This document shows, piece after piece, positions 55,247 to 63,992 of a stretch of DNA of 64,000 nucleotides. A program made the position numbers and the translations under genes. This DNA is from Acinetobacter phage Acba_11. The stretch is taken from sequence record OQ101254.1. One strand, given 5' to 3'. Below the pieces are notes generated by a model that saw nothing but the letters and a program-made list of their open reading frames with translations, was not told the DNA's origin and did not search any database. Positions within the stretch are counted from its first letter, which is position 1; every line of letters starts with the position of its first letter.

Positions 55247-55441
55247 ATGTCTTCACAGTTAATCAAAATTCATTATCATGCATATTCTCGCGTTGCAGAT
55301 CTATTAGCAGATCTAGATAAGAAAGGAGAGGTCACTAAAATTTATGACCTCAATGGCAACGAATTAAAAATTAATTTCTTGCGTGACGAAGTTTATTATA
55401 AAAAAGTCTGGTGGCATTTTCAGAAGAAGCAAGGCGGTTAA
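55247..55441 (+). CDS. hypothetical small protein convergent with int
   Basis: Track ORF overlaps the int 3' end by 4 nt; weak. Confidence 0.3.
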   Translation: MSSQLIKIHYHAYSRVADLLADLDKKGEVTKIYDLNGNELKINFLRDEVYYKKVWWHFQKKQGG

Positions 55442-56634
55442 ACCGCCCAGCTATCCACAATATTAGCCCAGTCCTGTAGCATTTTTCGCCTGCTTTCTAA
55501 ATATTTGGCATGGTTATATGTGGCCCTAGTTTTATTACCATCTGCATGCGCTAATTGTTTTTCAATCCATTTGTCATCGTAATCCTTTTCATTTAACAAG
55601 GTTGATGCAGTGGCACGAAAGTCATGAGCAGTGACATCAGACAAGCCAATGTAATCGAGCATTTTATTCATTGTAGTAGCGGAGAGCATCCCATCTTGAT
55701 AGATGGCTGGAAAAACATATTCACGATTACCTACAATGTTGCGCTGTTCTTGAAGAATATTAAAAACTTGGTCAGACATAGGAACGATATGAATACGTTT
55801 CTTTTTCATCATCTCTTTTGGGAATGTAATTGTTCTAGCTTCAAAATCAACATATTCCCATTTCATGCGGCGGATCTCGATAGTCCTGAGCATAGAGTAG
55901 AGCATTACAAGGCCAGCATTTTTAACTGTAGTAGATCCACCATAGCTATTTAATTTATTTCTAAGTTGCACAGCCTCATATTTTTCCATGGGTCTGGCAT
56001 GTTCTATTTCGGGACGTTCTACAACGTTTTTAACGGCATAGGTTGGATCATAGTCGGCTCTAAGTGTGGCGATTGCATAACGCATTACGCCGCCAATAAA
56101 AGTACGATTTTGAATTGCTGACACTTCGCCAGTACCATGGTTTTTTTGACGCTTAACTCGTGTAATCGTCTTTTTCATAATAGTCAAAACGTCTGCTGAG
56201 GTGACTTCTTTAATATCCTTATCACCAATAACTTTTAAAATATCTTTATCTAAGGCGCGTTGAAAAGCTTCTTGATACCTTTCTGAACGATTATTTAATT
56301 TTTCTGCTTTATATTCTGCAGCAACATGTTTAAAGAGAACCCTATTGTCATACTCATCAGATTTAGCCTTTTTTTGGTTTTCTTTTTCTTCAACTGGATT
56401 TATACCGCTTGCAACTAAAGATTTAGCTTCATCTCTTTTAGTACGGGCTTCAGCTAATCCCACAATAGGGTATTCACCTAAGCTCATCATTTGTGTTTTT
56501 TTGAGCCATTGAAAACGATAGCGCCAATACTTCTTGCCATTAGGTTTTATTTCAACACACAAACCATCGGAATCACCAAGCCTATAAAGCTTTTCTTTCG
56601 GTTTTGCACTTCTAATTTTTGAGTCACTTAACAT
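55438..56634 (-). CDS. int: tyrosine integrase, P4-type (N-terminal DUF4102 arm-binding domain)
   Basis: N-terminus LSDSKIRSAKPKEKLYRLGDSDGLCVEIKPNGKKYWRYRF; catalytic HDFRATAST...(H..R)...Y in the C-terminus. Confidence 0.85.
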   Translation of the reverse strand: MLSDSKIRSAKPKEKLYRLGDSDGLCVEIKPNGKKYWRYRFQWLKKTQMMSLGEYPIVGLAEARTKRDEAKSLVASGINPVEEKENQKKAKSDEYDNRVLFKHVAAEYKAEKLNNRSERYQEAFQRALDKDILKVIGDKDIKEVTSADVLTIMKKTITRVKRQKNHGTGEVSAIQNRTFIGGVMRYAIATLRADYDPTYAVKNVVERPEIEHARPMEKYEAVQLRNKLNSYGGSTTVKNAGLVMLYSMLRTIEIRRMKWEYVDFEARTITFPKEMMKKKRIHIVPMSDQVFNILQEQRNIVGNREYVFPAIYQDGMLSATTMNKMLDYIGLSDVTAHDFRATASTLLNEKDYDDKWIEKQLAHADGNKTRATYNHAKYLESRRKMLQDWANIVDSWAV

Positions 56635-56699
56635 GAAATCTTGAGTATCCGGTTATGATTTTTAGGGTCATACTCAAAATGATACTCAAGATTGGTGAT

Positions 56700-56815
56700 T
56701 TTGCATAGTTTGCTTAGATTTGCCTAGATTTGTAATTTTAATAAATTTCAATAATTTGTGATTTTCAAAATTTTGCTAGATTTTTTTAGATTTGTTCAAT
56801 ACTTCTTTTCGATCA
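56700..56815. promoter_or_regulatory. four direct repeats YTAGATTT(G) in the xis-int intergenic region
   Basis: gcTTAGATTTGcCTAGATTTG ... gCTAGATTTTTTTAGATTTG. Confidence 0.35.
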
Positions 56816-56939
56816 TTAGAAGCATTTTAGATTCAACTCACTAATATATAAAGGGATTTTATTTTGGGGTGATTTTGATACTCAATTTGGTACTCAATAT
56901 TGAAAAAGTACCTATCTCATTGTATAAAATAAAGCCACC

Positions 56940-57209
56940 TCAATAGGTGGCTACTTTACCAGATTCTTTTGTGTCTGTAACGACAGATTGCACGTAGGAC
57001 AATAACCAAAAACTTTTTCGCCCATCCTTGTATGGCCTTTGGTATCTGCCTTCACGAATCCGAGCGTCTAGAGTTTCAGGTTCGATATTGAGCATGTGTG
57101 CAAATTCTTCACGACCAACTCGGCGTTCTTCTTTTGACTGAGCAATACGTTCAGCTACAGCAACAATCTTTTCTAGAATGCTAGCCTCTATTTTAACTAT
57201 TTGTCCCAT
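56940..57209 (-). CDS. excisionase/AlpA-like DNA-binding protein
   Basis: Immediately upstream of int; ...FAHMLNIEPETLDARIREGRYQRPYKDGRKSFWLLSYV resembles the Xis/AlpA HTH-wing pattern. Confidence 0.45.
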   Translation of the reverse strand: MGQIVKIEASILEKIVAVAERIAQSKEERRVGREEFAHMLNIEPETLDARIREGRYQRPYKDGRKSFWLLSYVQSVVTDTKESGKVATY

Positions 57210-57692
57210 TCACCCCTCCTTACTTTCCGCTTTCATAAAAGTAATCCAATGTGTGTTGCTGCGCTTTCCGCTTATGTGGCCAAACAATGGCTTTTGATCT
57301 GTTAGCTCTAAAAGTTCACTAACTTTGATCTGTGTTTCATTCCATTTGAAAATTAAAACACCGCCATTGGTCAACACACGGAAGCACTCTGCAAAACCTT
57401 TGCGAATATCTTCGCGCCAATCTTCTGACAACTTCCCATACTTGGCAGCTAACCAACTTTGTTTACCAGCTTTCACCAGGTGAGGAGGATCAAACACAAC
57501 TAAAGTGAATTGGCCATCCTTAAAAGGCATGTCGCGAAAGTCCATCATTACATCCGGTTCAATCACTAAAGAACGACCATCACATAATGTATGTTCTTCT
57601 TTTCTGATATCGCCATACACTACATTTGGATTATTCCGATCAAACCACATCATGCGAGAGCCACAGCATGGATCTAAAATTTGTGCATTCAT
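57210..57692 (-). CDS. small phage DNA N6-adenine methyltransferase (phage Dam family)
   Basis: N-terminal ILDPCCGS (motif I-like) and VFDPPH (motif IV); ~160 aa, typical of small phage Dam proteins. Confidence 0.6.
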   Translation of the reverse strand: MNAQILDPCCGSRMMWFDRNNPNVVYGDIRKEEHTLCDGRSLVIEPDVMMDFRDMPFKDGQFTLVVFDPPHLVKAGKQSWLAAKYGKLSEDWREDIRKGFAECFRVLTNGGVLIFKWNETQIKVSELLELTDQKPLFGHISGKRSNTHWITFMKAESKEG

Positions 57693-58078
57693 CCCTCAGC
57701 TCCCGATTCGCTTGCTTCAACCATTGCCTTGTATCCAGTTTTACTAAGCGCTGACATTGGCGCGACTGAATAACGTTCATATGCTTGGAACATCTTTTCT
57801 GTAGGCACCTTTGGCATTAGCACATAACCCTCTGGCACCGCCTGAGCTTTGGCTTTTTCTAGCTCTGCTCTAAGTCTGTCAATTTCACATGCTGCATGGT
57901 GACAAATAACACGTAATTCATCTTCGTTATATTCATCTGCATGCATCATCATTAAATGACTGATTTCCGTTCCTTGCTGGCTATCACCATCAAACACCCA
58001 AACAGCACCATCATCTTGCTCAAAACGTAGATTAACTTCTCTTTCCTTATTCAAATCTGTCATGCTGCTGCTCCTCAC
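57689..58078 (-). CDS. hypothetical early protein
   Basis: Track ORF, coupled. Confidence 0.45.
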   Translation of the reverse strand: MRSSSMTDLNKEREVNLRFEQDDGAVWVFDGDSQQGTEISHLMMMHADEYNEDELRVICHHAACEIDRLRAELEKAKAQAVPEGYVLMPKVPTEKMFQAYERYSVAPMSALSKTGYKAMVEASESGAEG

Positions 58079-58956
58079 GCATTGCCTTGTGTACCAATTA
58101 AAGAATGCTTGCGACTACTACAAGCGCTAACGATTTCAGCTTCACAATTAGTGCCTTTGAACTGTGAATAGATGATTCCAAGTTCAGCGACATCTGTAGT
58201 TGCATTGATACGCTTGATAGCTTCATCAAAAGCTGCTTGAAGCGCTTCTTCTTGACTACGACCATCGTTAAGCCAAGCAATAAGCTTTTCACCTGTTTCC
58301 TTTGTGATTACTTCACCGGCAGGATTAAATAGTTTGGTACGGTCTTTGGTTGGTAAAACAACATGGCTTTCATGCACTACATCAAGCGCAACTGTTAGTT
58401 CATACTCATAGCCATCACGTTGCTCAGCCTTCATACCAAGCTTCATGATTTTCTTGTTTTCACCTTGAACTGTCTCAGTTTTAGCGCGAGTAGTTGAGAT
58501 GATGTGCATATCTGTTTGAAGGATTGCATCAATGAATTTACGGTGACGCGGTGTAGTTTCAGACCATGCTGACCATGTGTTACCACGGAATTTGTTCGCT
58601 GCTGTCTGATCATTAATTTCCAAACATCCACCAGTTCCAATCCATTCATGACTAGCACTATCAATGATAAGAACTTCATAGCCCATGTTATGTGCTGCAT
58701 GGATCGCACCAGCAAAGCGTTCAGGACTATAGGGCGGCTTTAATGGCAATGTGTCAAAGGTAAATTCATTTGCATATAAAGATGCAGATTCATTTTCTGT
58801 ATCAATAACTGCAATCTTTTTGCCAAGACTTGAAGCCAACACAAGGGCAGAGTAGGTTTTACCCGAACCACTGGCGCCATTAAGATTTAGCTTAAGCTTT
58901 GCTTTTTTACGTTCTGCTTTAGTGAAAGAGAACTGTTCTTTACTTTGCATGTTCAT
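58075..58956 (-). CDS. AAA_24/Sak4-like RecA-fold ATPase
   Basis: Walker A GASGSGKT near the N-terminus; Walker B LIIDS; typical of the phage early-left operon. Confidence 0.6.
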   Translation of the reverse strand: MNMQSKEQFSFTKAERKKAKLKLNLNGASGSGKTYSALVLASSLGKKIAVIDTENESASLYANEFTFDTLPLKPPYSPERFAGAIHAAHNMGYEVLIIDSASHEWIGTGGCLEINDQTAANKFRGNTWSAWSETTPRHRKFIDAILQTDMHIISTTRAKTETVQGENKKIMKLGMKAEQRDGYEYELTVALDVVHESHVVLPTKDRTKLFNPAGEVITKETGEKLIAWLNDGRSQEEALQAAFDEAIKRINATTDVAELGIIYSQFKGTNCEAEIVSACSSRKHSLIGTQGNA

Positions 58957-58958
58957 CT

Positions 58959-59279
58959 TTAATCACCTTTATATTTCGAATTTGAATAAATCGGAGACAG
59001 TTCACGAGTCGTTTCTTCTTTCTTAACTACGACTTGATTAACTGGTCCGCATTTGTAATTTGGTTCTTTCTCGCCGATTGGTGTGCAATGCTCTAAAGTT
59101 AATGCCCATCTCTTCCAAGACTTTGAAAGTGCATCCCAGTAGAACATCTGGTCTTTATTTGCTTTCAGTTTCCAATCGCTGCCACCAAAAGTGCTGTAGT
59201 GAGTTGCTTCATCTTCTTCACCAACACAGCAACCAAATTGTTCAAGAAATTCTGCATTGAAGAAAAAGCCCATACACAC
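58959..59279 (-). CDS. hypothetical Cys-rich protein
   Basis: Track ORF. Confidence 0.4.
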   Translation of the reverse strand: MCMGFFFNAEFLEQFGCCVGEEDEATHYSTFGGSDWKLKANKDQMFYWDALSKSWKRWALTLEHCTPIGEKEPNYKCGPVNQVVVKKEETTRELSPIYSNSKYKGD

Positions 59280-59280
59280 C

Positions 59281-59490
59281 TCACGCTTTAATAGTTGCTA
59301 AAAGTTTTGCAGTGTGTTGGCGCTCCATTTCTGCAATCTTGCGTTGCCAGTTGCGGTATTCTTTAGAGTCGATGTCACCACGTTGGAAAGCATATTCAAC
59401 TGCACCTGCTAGAAGCTCGGGATGTTTGCTTAAGTCTTTCAAAAGCTTTGATTCAGCAGCATCAAACGAGATATTGGCTAACATATTCAT
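59281..59490 (-). CDS. hypothetical small protein
   Basis: Track ORF. Confidence 0.4.
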   Translation of the reverse strand: MNMLANISFDAAESKLLKDLSKHPELLAGAVEYAFQRGDIDSKEYRNWQRKIAEMERQHTAKLLATIKA

Positions 59491-60275
59491 GAGTTAGTAC
59501 CTCTCAGCTTGTCTGCAAATGCATTGCGTTCTTCGCGAGTTTTGAACTCGTAAGTGACTGCATACACCAATGAATTGTGTTGAGTTTCTTTGTTTGGTTT
59601 AGGAAGCTCAGCGTTTACGGTTAGTGTGGTTGGTTTGAGGCGATACTTAAAACCACTTTCCTTAATGCGCTCTTCATCAATGAAGTTCTTAGCATTAATG
59701 TTTGTGATATCTAAGTCTGTCCAATTAGGAAAGTCTTTACTGATCCATTGAACAAGGCGTCCACATGCTATATATCGCAACGCCTCCGCACCGCTAATCA
59801 AGGCTGGGTCTTGGGTAATTGGTTTTAACTTTGCTAGTGTTTCTGCATTTCCACTTAAGTCAGAAATTACCCATTCATTTGCTGATTCAGCATAGAAAAA
59901 TAAACGGTTATCACTTGTCTGATATAAGTTATAGTGCGTCCCATCACTTACATTCGCATCCTTCACATCATTCCGATGCAAAACAACAAGGTCTCGAAGC
60001 TGAGGAAGGGTGAGTTCTTTAAATACAAGTGGAGAATCAATATGAGTGCCACTTGAATATGCAATTTCACCTTTCTCTTTAGCTAGAATCCAATGTGCTT
60101 TTAGCAAGCAATCTTGTTCATCAAACTTCTTTGGTGTCCATACATAGCCAAGGTCATTAAGGGCCTTGATAATCTCATTTGTGTGAGTATTAATGATTTT
60201 GTAGTTATCCATGAGAGGGCTCCTTGTCTTGCTCACCCTCACTAAGCTCTTTAAGTCCTTTAAGGGTTTGTTCAA
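59487..60275 (-). CDS. hypothetical early protein (262 aa)
   Basis: Track ORF. Confidence 0.5.
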   Translation of the reverse strand: MNKPLKDLKSLVRVSKTRSPLMDNYKIINTHTNEIIKALNDLGYVWTPKKFDEQDCLLKAHWILAKEKGEIAYSSGTHIDSPLVFKELTLPQLRDLVVLHRNDVKDANVSDGTHYNLYQTSDNRLFFYAESANEWVISDLSGNAETLAKLKPITQDPALISGAEALRYIACGRLVQWISKDFPNWTDLDITNINAKNFIDEERIKESGFKYRLKPTTLTVNAELPKPNKETQHNSLVYAVTYEFKTREERNAFADKLRGTNS

Positions 60276-60432
60276 CTAAGTGTGAGAAATCAACTTCATA
60301 ACTAATTCTTGAACCATCTTCAGATTTAAGCTTCAATGAGATGCTTGGAAGCTCTATGCCTTCATGTTCAACAAGCATCATTAGGGCTTCAATTACCACA
60401 ACTGAAACGGTTGCAACTGATTTTGTATCCAT
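60205..60432 (-). CDS. hypothetical small acidic protein
   Basis: Track ORF. Confidence 0.35.
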   Translation of the reverse strand: MDTKSVATVSVVVIEALMMLVEHEGIELPSISLKLKSEDGSRISYEVDFSHLVEQTLKGLKELSEGEQDKEPSHG

Positions 60433-60653
60433 TAGTTAGCTCCTTCCACTTGCACACGCACATACATGTTCTGTTTTGCTTTGAGTTCGTTGACGTGTTG
60501 CTCGTCGGCACATGAACGAAGAAGACCAACAAACAAGAAGAAAACAATCCAAAACAATAAGAAGCCTGATGTGCCATCAATGAAAGCCTGCTTGATTGAA
60601 TATTTATTCTGAATCATTGCTAGTCTCCTCAACTGGATGAACGTAGCTATCAC
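60432..60653 (-). CDS. hypothetical small membrane protein
   Basis: One hydrophobic helix (FLLFWIVFFLFVGLL). Confidence 0.35.
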   Translation of the reverse strand: MIATFIQLRRLAMIQNKYSIKQAFIDGTSGFLLFWIVFFLFVGLLRSCADEQHVNELKAKQNMYVRVQVEGAN

Positions 60654-61422
60654 ACATATTCAAAAGCATTGATTTATGCTGATTCCAGAATTCAAGTGCT
60701 TCGCTATCCATGCGTGTGATACGTGCATCGTCAAATGACTTCCAATCTGCAACCGCATGTTCTTGGCAGCCAATACGCATCTTGCCTAAGCCACTGATAA
60801 TCACATCCCAGCGCAACCCGTAGACAATAAGTGGGGCAGCTTTAGCACAGCTAAGGTTGGCACCGCGAAGGTCGGCATCGCGAAGGTTGGCACAGCTAAG
60901 GTTGGCACCGCGAAGGTCGGCATCGCGAAGGTTGGCATAGCTAAGGTTGGCATAGCTAAGGTCGGCATCGCGAAGGTTGGCACAGCTAAGGTTGGCATAG
61001 CTAAGGTTGGCATAGCTAAGGTCGGCATCGCGAAGGTCGGCATCGCGAAGGTTGGCATAGCTAAGGTCGGCATCGCGAAGGTTGGCACAGCTAAGGTTGG
61101 CATAGCTAAGGTTGGCATAGCTAAGGTCGGCATCGCGAAGGTTGGCATAGCTAAGGTTGGCACAGCTAAGGTTGGCATAGCTAAGGTTGGCATAGCTAAG
61201 GTCGGCATCGCGAAGGTTGGCATAGCTAAGGTTGGCATAGCTAAGGTTGGCATAGCTAAGGTCGGCATCGGCAGCTATCGCAGCCTCAGCCGCATGACGA
61301 GCAATCATTCCTGATCCCATTCCTTCTGGAACATCACAGGTAAAAAGGACTTCTTCTGTCCAGCGATTTTTAATTTCGAATTTCTGTGTCATAATCTTCT
61401 CACTCATTGAGTAGCCCTGCAT
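60604..61422 (-). CDS. pentapeptide-repeat protein (about 28 x A[D/N]LSY/RDADL units) with unique N- and C-terminal domains
   Basis: Repeats ADLSYANLSYANLSCANLRDADL... fit the A(D/N)LXX pentapeptide consensus. Alternative starts at 61407 (AGGG RBS) or 61392 (GTGAGAAGATTATG). Confidence 0.7.
   Translation of the reverse strand: MQGYSMSEKIMTQKFEIKNRWTEEVLFTCDVPEGMGSGMIARHAAEAAIAADADLSYANLSYANLSYANLRDADLSYANLSYANLSCANLSYANLRDADLSYANLSYANLSCANLRDADLSYANLRDADLRDADLSYANLSYANLSCANLRDADLSYANLSYANLRDADLRGANLSCANLRDADLRGANLSCAKAAPLIVYGLRWDVIISGLGKMRIGCQEHAVADWKSFDDARITRMDSEALEFWNQHKSMLLNMCDSYVHPVEETSNDSE
60847..61270. repeat. 15-bp tandem DNA repeat (AGCTAAGGTTGGCAT / CGCGAAGGTCGGCAT variants), about 28 units, inside the pentapeptide-repeat CDS
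   Basis: Directly visible periodicity; each unit encodes three pentapeptide... strictly 15 nt = one LSYAN-type unit of 5 aa. Confidence 0.8.
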
Positions 61423-61455
61423 CCGCCAAGATTGTTCAGGGCTTTTTAATATTCG

Positions 61456-61516
61456 GTAGAGTTATGTTCAACTAATTGAACGTTAATGTCAATACTTTGT
61501 TCAATAAATTAATTAA
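61456..61516. promoter_or_regulatory. operator-like sites of a PL-like early-left promoter
   Basis: Perfect inverted repeat GTTCAA-CTAA-TTGAAC (61456-71) plus further GTTCAA half-sites at 61489 and 61511, between the cI-operon terminator and the first early-left gene. Confidence 0.5.
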
Positions 61517-61540
61517 AAATGTTCAATATTCTGAATTCAT

Positions 61541-61568
61541 GCTTTAATAGACAAAAGAAAACCCACGC
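61541..61568 (-). terminator. rho-independent terminator ending the cI-cargo operon (minus strand)
   Basis: AACCCAC gcagg GTGGGTT with a T-run on the minus strand (complement of 61543-51). Confidence 0.55.
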
Positions 61569-61596
61569 AGGGTGGGTTATTTGGAGGGTGATAACG

Positions 61597-62319
61597 CTAT
61601 GAAGAGAGAATGCTACTTGCAGGCATGATGCTTGCTATATTTCCCAAAATTTCAGCCTCGCGCTTAAAATGATCTTTGTTGACTCTATCCTCAAGAATAA
61701 TCTGAAACTCAGCATCATTTTGAAGATTCTGCACATCAAACATTTTTCTGAGTAACTTTCCTGTTTTTTCTGCCTCAGGTTTTGCATAATCAATAAACTT
61801 AGAGCCACATTGGTAGTTAAAATCATAAGATGTGCCCGTATGGCCAATTACTTTTGGTTTTAAGATTAAGTTATCTTTTCCAAATTTATAGAGCAAAAAG
61901 GTTTCAATTTCAGAAAGGATTTCTTCCAGTTCTTGGTCAGTAGATGGTTTGGCTTCATAGGAAGTTAGTCTTCCAAGCACATTTAAATAATGACCTATAG
62001 CAAACTCCAAATCCTGAACACCAGCTTTACACCAGATGCGATGTTTTTCAAATCTAATTAAGCCATTTGTATGGGTGTTTCTCACCAATCGAGAAATAAT
62101 ATTTTCAGTTTTTTCAGGCTGAGGTAGGCAATCACTCATAGCATGAAAATTTAAGCTAAAGTCATTTAAAATAATTTTATTATTATTTTGCGAAATAAAA
62201 TAACATGCCGGCTTTCCGGACGAAAAGGTCTGGGGCGTGGTTACACATAGATGCTCATCATCAGCATGATAGACATGAAAACCAAGCTTCTCGATTGAAT
62301 CTTTTATACTTGAATTCAT
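61597..62319 (-). CDS. hypothetical protein (240 aa), distal gene of the cI operon (rexB position)
   Basis: Track ORF; start ATGA-overlaps the upstream gene. Confidence 0.55.
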   Translation of the reverse strand: MNSSIKDSIEKLGFHVYHADDEHLCVTTPQTFSSGKPACYFISQNNNKIILNDFSLNFHAMSDCLPQPEKTENIISRLVRNTHTNGLIRFEKHRIWCKAGVQDLEFAIGHYLNVLGRLTSYEAKPSTDQELEEILSEIETFLLYKFGKDNLILKPKVIGHTGTSYDFNYQCGSKFIDYAKPEAEKTGKLLRKMFDVQNLQNDAEFQIILEDRVNKDHFKREAEILGNIASIMPASSILSS

Positions 62320-62798
62320 TAGAATAGCTCTCCTATAAAAGGTTCATATTTATTACCAAAACACTGCAAATTGGTCTGTCTTTCAAATTCTGAAAGCCAC
62401 TGAAACCATGTCCAATTATCAGTATCTCTATCATAGCCTATCGTTTGTGTGGCCTTCAATAAATGAGATCCGTGTAAAGTTAAGCCTGGCTCCCTGTGGG
62501 TTGGGTGCTGAAGGTCAAATGGAAGCACTTCAATTTGAAGCACTATGTTTTCTACATTTAGATGACGTACTCGAAGGTCTAGGGAGTGTCGCATGAACCC
62601 CGGTGTCTTAATACTCCTAAAAACAACAGAGGCGCCAGGTATTGTCGCTCCCGTATCTAGCCTAAAGACTTGGTTTGCACGAAAATGGATGTAATCAGAG
62701 CCCGGCTCATGTGAAAAATCAATATCATCATAAACACATTTTGTTTCTTGAAGAATTTCAAGCATACGCTCTTTAGATATTGAATATTCTCTTCCCAT
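62319..62798 (-). CDS. hypothetical protein (159 aa), middle gene of the cI operon (rexA position)
   Basis: Start refined to MGREYSIS with a poly-G RBS (AAGGGGGGGG). Confidence 0.55.
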   Translation of the reverse strand: MGREYSISKERMLEILQETKCVYDDIDFSHEPGSDYIHFRANQVFRLDTGATIPGASVVFRSIKTPGFMRHSLDLRVRHLNVENIVLQIEVLPFDLQHPTHREPGLTLHGSHLLKATQTIGYDRDTDNWTWFQWLSEFERQTNLQCFGNKYEPFIGELF

Positions 62799-63014
62799 TA
62801 TCCCCCCCCTTAATGCTCTCAATTAAAATATTTGGATAACTATCAATCCCATGTTAATTAAATCTTTTACTGTAATACAGGGTGTTGCTGGAGATGTCTA
62901 AATTCACCTCTTCAAGCATTGCATTCCGTACATTGTCATTTAAATCTAAAAAATTAAAACCCATGTTCTTCTCCACCCGATCTGTTGTTAAGACTGTGTC
63001 GGGTTCACAGTTTA

Positions 63015-63236
63015 TTAATCTTTGGTGTTATTAATCTTCTGCCCCAACTTTCCTTCTTTTGCCAACTGAACGACTTGTTCATTCGTAAGTACAGGAATAA
63101 AGACCTTATCGCCGATATCTTTTGAAAGGATTCTCACTTCCTCAGCAGTTAGAACTAACGCCTCTCCATTTTTCGCAGCATCATTAATACGGGCAATAAT
63201 CTGGTTGATTGGTAGTTTTGAATTGTCCAATTCCAT
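63015..63236 (-). CDS. hypothetical small protein immediately downstream of cI
   Basis: Track ORF 10 nt after the cI stop. Confidence 0.45.
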   Translation of the reverse strand: MELDNSKLPINQIIARINDAAKNGEALVLTAEEVRILSKDIGDKVFIPVLTNEQVVQLAKEGKLGQKINNTKD

Positions 63237-63245
63237 TCTCCTTTT

Positions 63246-63992
63246 TTAACCTGCACGCCAAAATTGGCGACCCATAACTTTAAAATTCAATCCATTTTGC
63301 TCCGTGACTTCACGATCTCTGTATTTAGGATTTAGGCTGTGCAGAATCAGTTTCCCGCCTTCTTCCTTGAAAATCTGCTTAATCATGCCTTCACCCTCAA
63401 AGTAAACAGCATAAATTTGACCATCAATAATGTCGGTTTGGGATATATCAATGCCAACCAAATCCCCATCCTCAATCTTGTCCGCCATACTGTCGCCTTT
63501 AGCCTTGATGATGCGCATGCAATCAGGATGAACATTTTTTTGTTTAAAAAAACTAGGTGGGAATGGCTGTTTTCCATTGATCACATCAAAGTGAAACTCT
63601 ATAGATTCTCCTGTGCCACAAGAAAAACTTGCCTCTACCACATCAATCCAGATAAATCCATCATCCCCACCATACTCAACTACTGACGGGCTTTGAATAT
63701 CATTCACATCAAATGATGATTCATCTTTCTTGGATAGACCGTGCTTATCCATAAATTCTTGCATGTTGAAGTTGGTTAAATTTTGTTTTTCTTTTCCAGT
63801 AAGAATCCATCTGGATGTTGTTTTTAATGCGGTTGCTAGCGCCTCAATGTGCTTTGCGCTCGGATTATTACTTCCATTTACCCAACCAGAAACAGTTCCT
63901 CTAGCAGCGCCAGTGAGCCTCATTAAATCCGCTTGAGATAACTTTAATTCAGCCATTCGAGATTGAATGCGATCAGAAACAGAATTATCCAT
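63246..63992 (-). CDS. CI-like prophage repressor (HTH_XRE + S24 LexA-like peptidase domain)
   Basis: N-terminal HTH (LKLSQADLMRLTGAARGTVSGWVNG); C-terminal AKGDSMADKIEDGDLV (catalytic Ser) ... IYAVYFEGEGMIKQI (Lys). Confidence 0.8.
   Translation of the reverse strand: MDNSVSDRIQSRMAELKLSQADLMRLTGAARGTVSGWVNGSNNPSAKHIEALATALKTTSRWILTGKEKQNLTNFNMQEFMDKHGLSKKDESSFDVNDIQSPSVVEYGGDDGFIWIDVVEASFSCGTGESIEFHFDVINGKQPFPPSFFKQKNVHPDCMRIIKAKGDSMADKIEDGDLVGIDISQTDIIDGQIYAVYFEGEGMIKQIFKEEGGKLILHSLNPKYRDREVTEQNGLNFKVMGRQFWRAG

Noticed and set aside
60801-61268. Alternative same-strand ORF (MPTLAMPTLAMPTF... 155 aa) inside the 15-bp repeat
   Set aside because: It is confined to the repeat and has no unique flanking domains. 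The other frame gives a 272-aa protein with canonical A(D/N)LXX pentapeptide units and non-repetitive termini.
60847-61270. Regular short tandem repeat that superficially resembles a CRISPR-like array
   Set aside because: Units are contiguous 15-mers with no spacers, fully in-frame within a CDS; there is no leader or cas gene.
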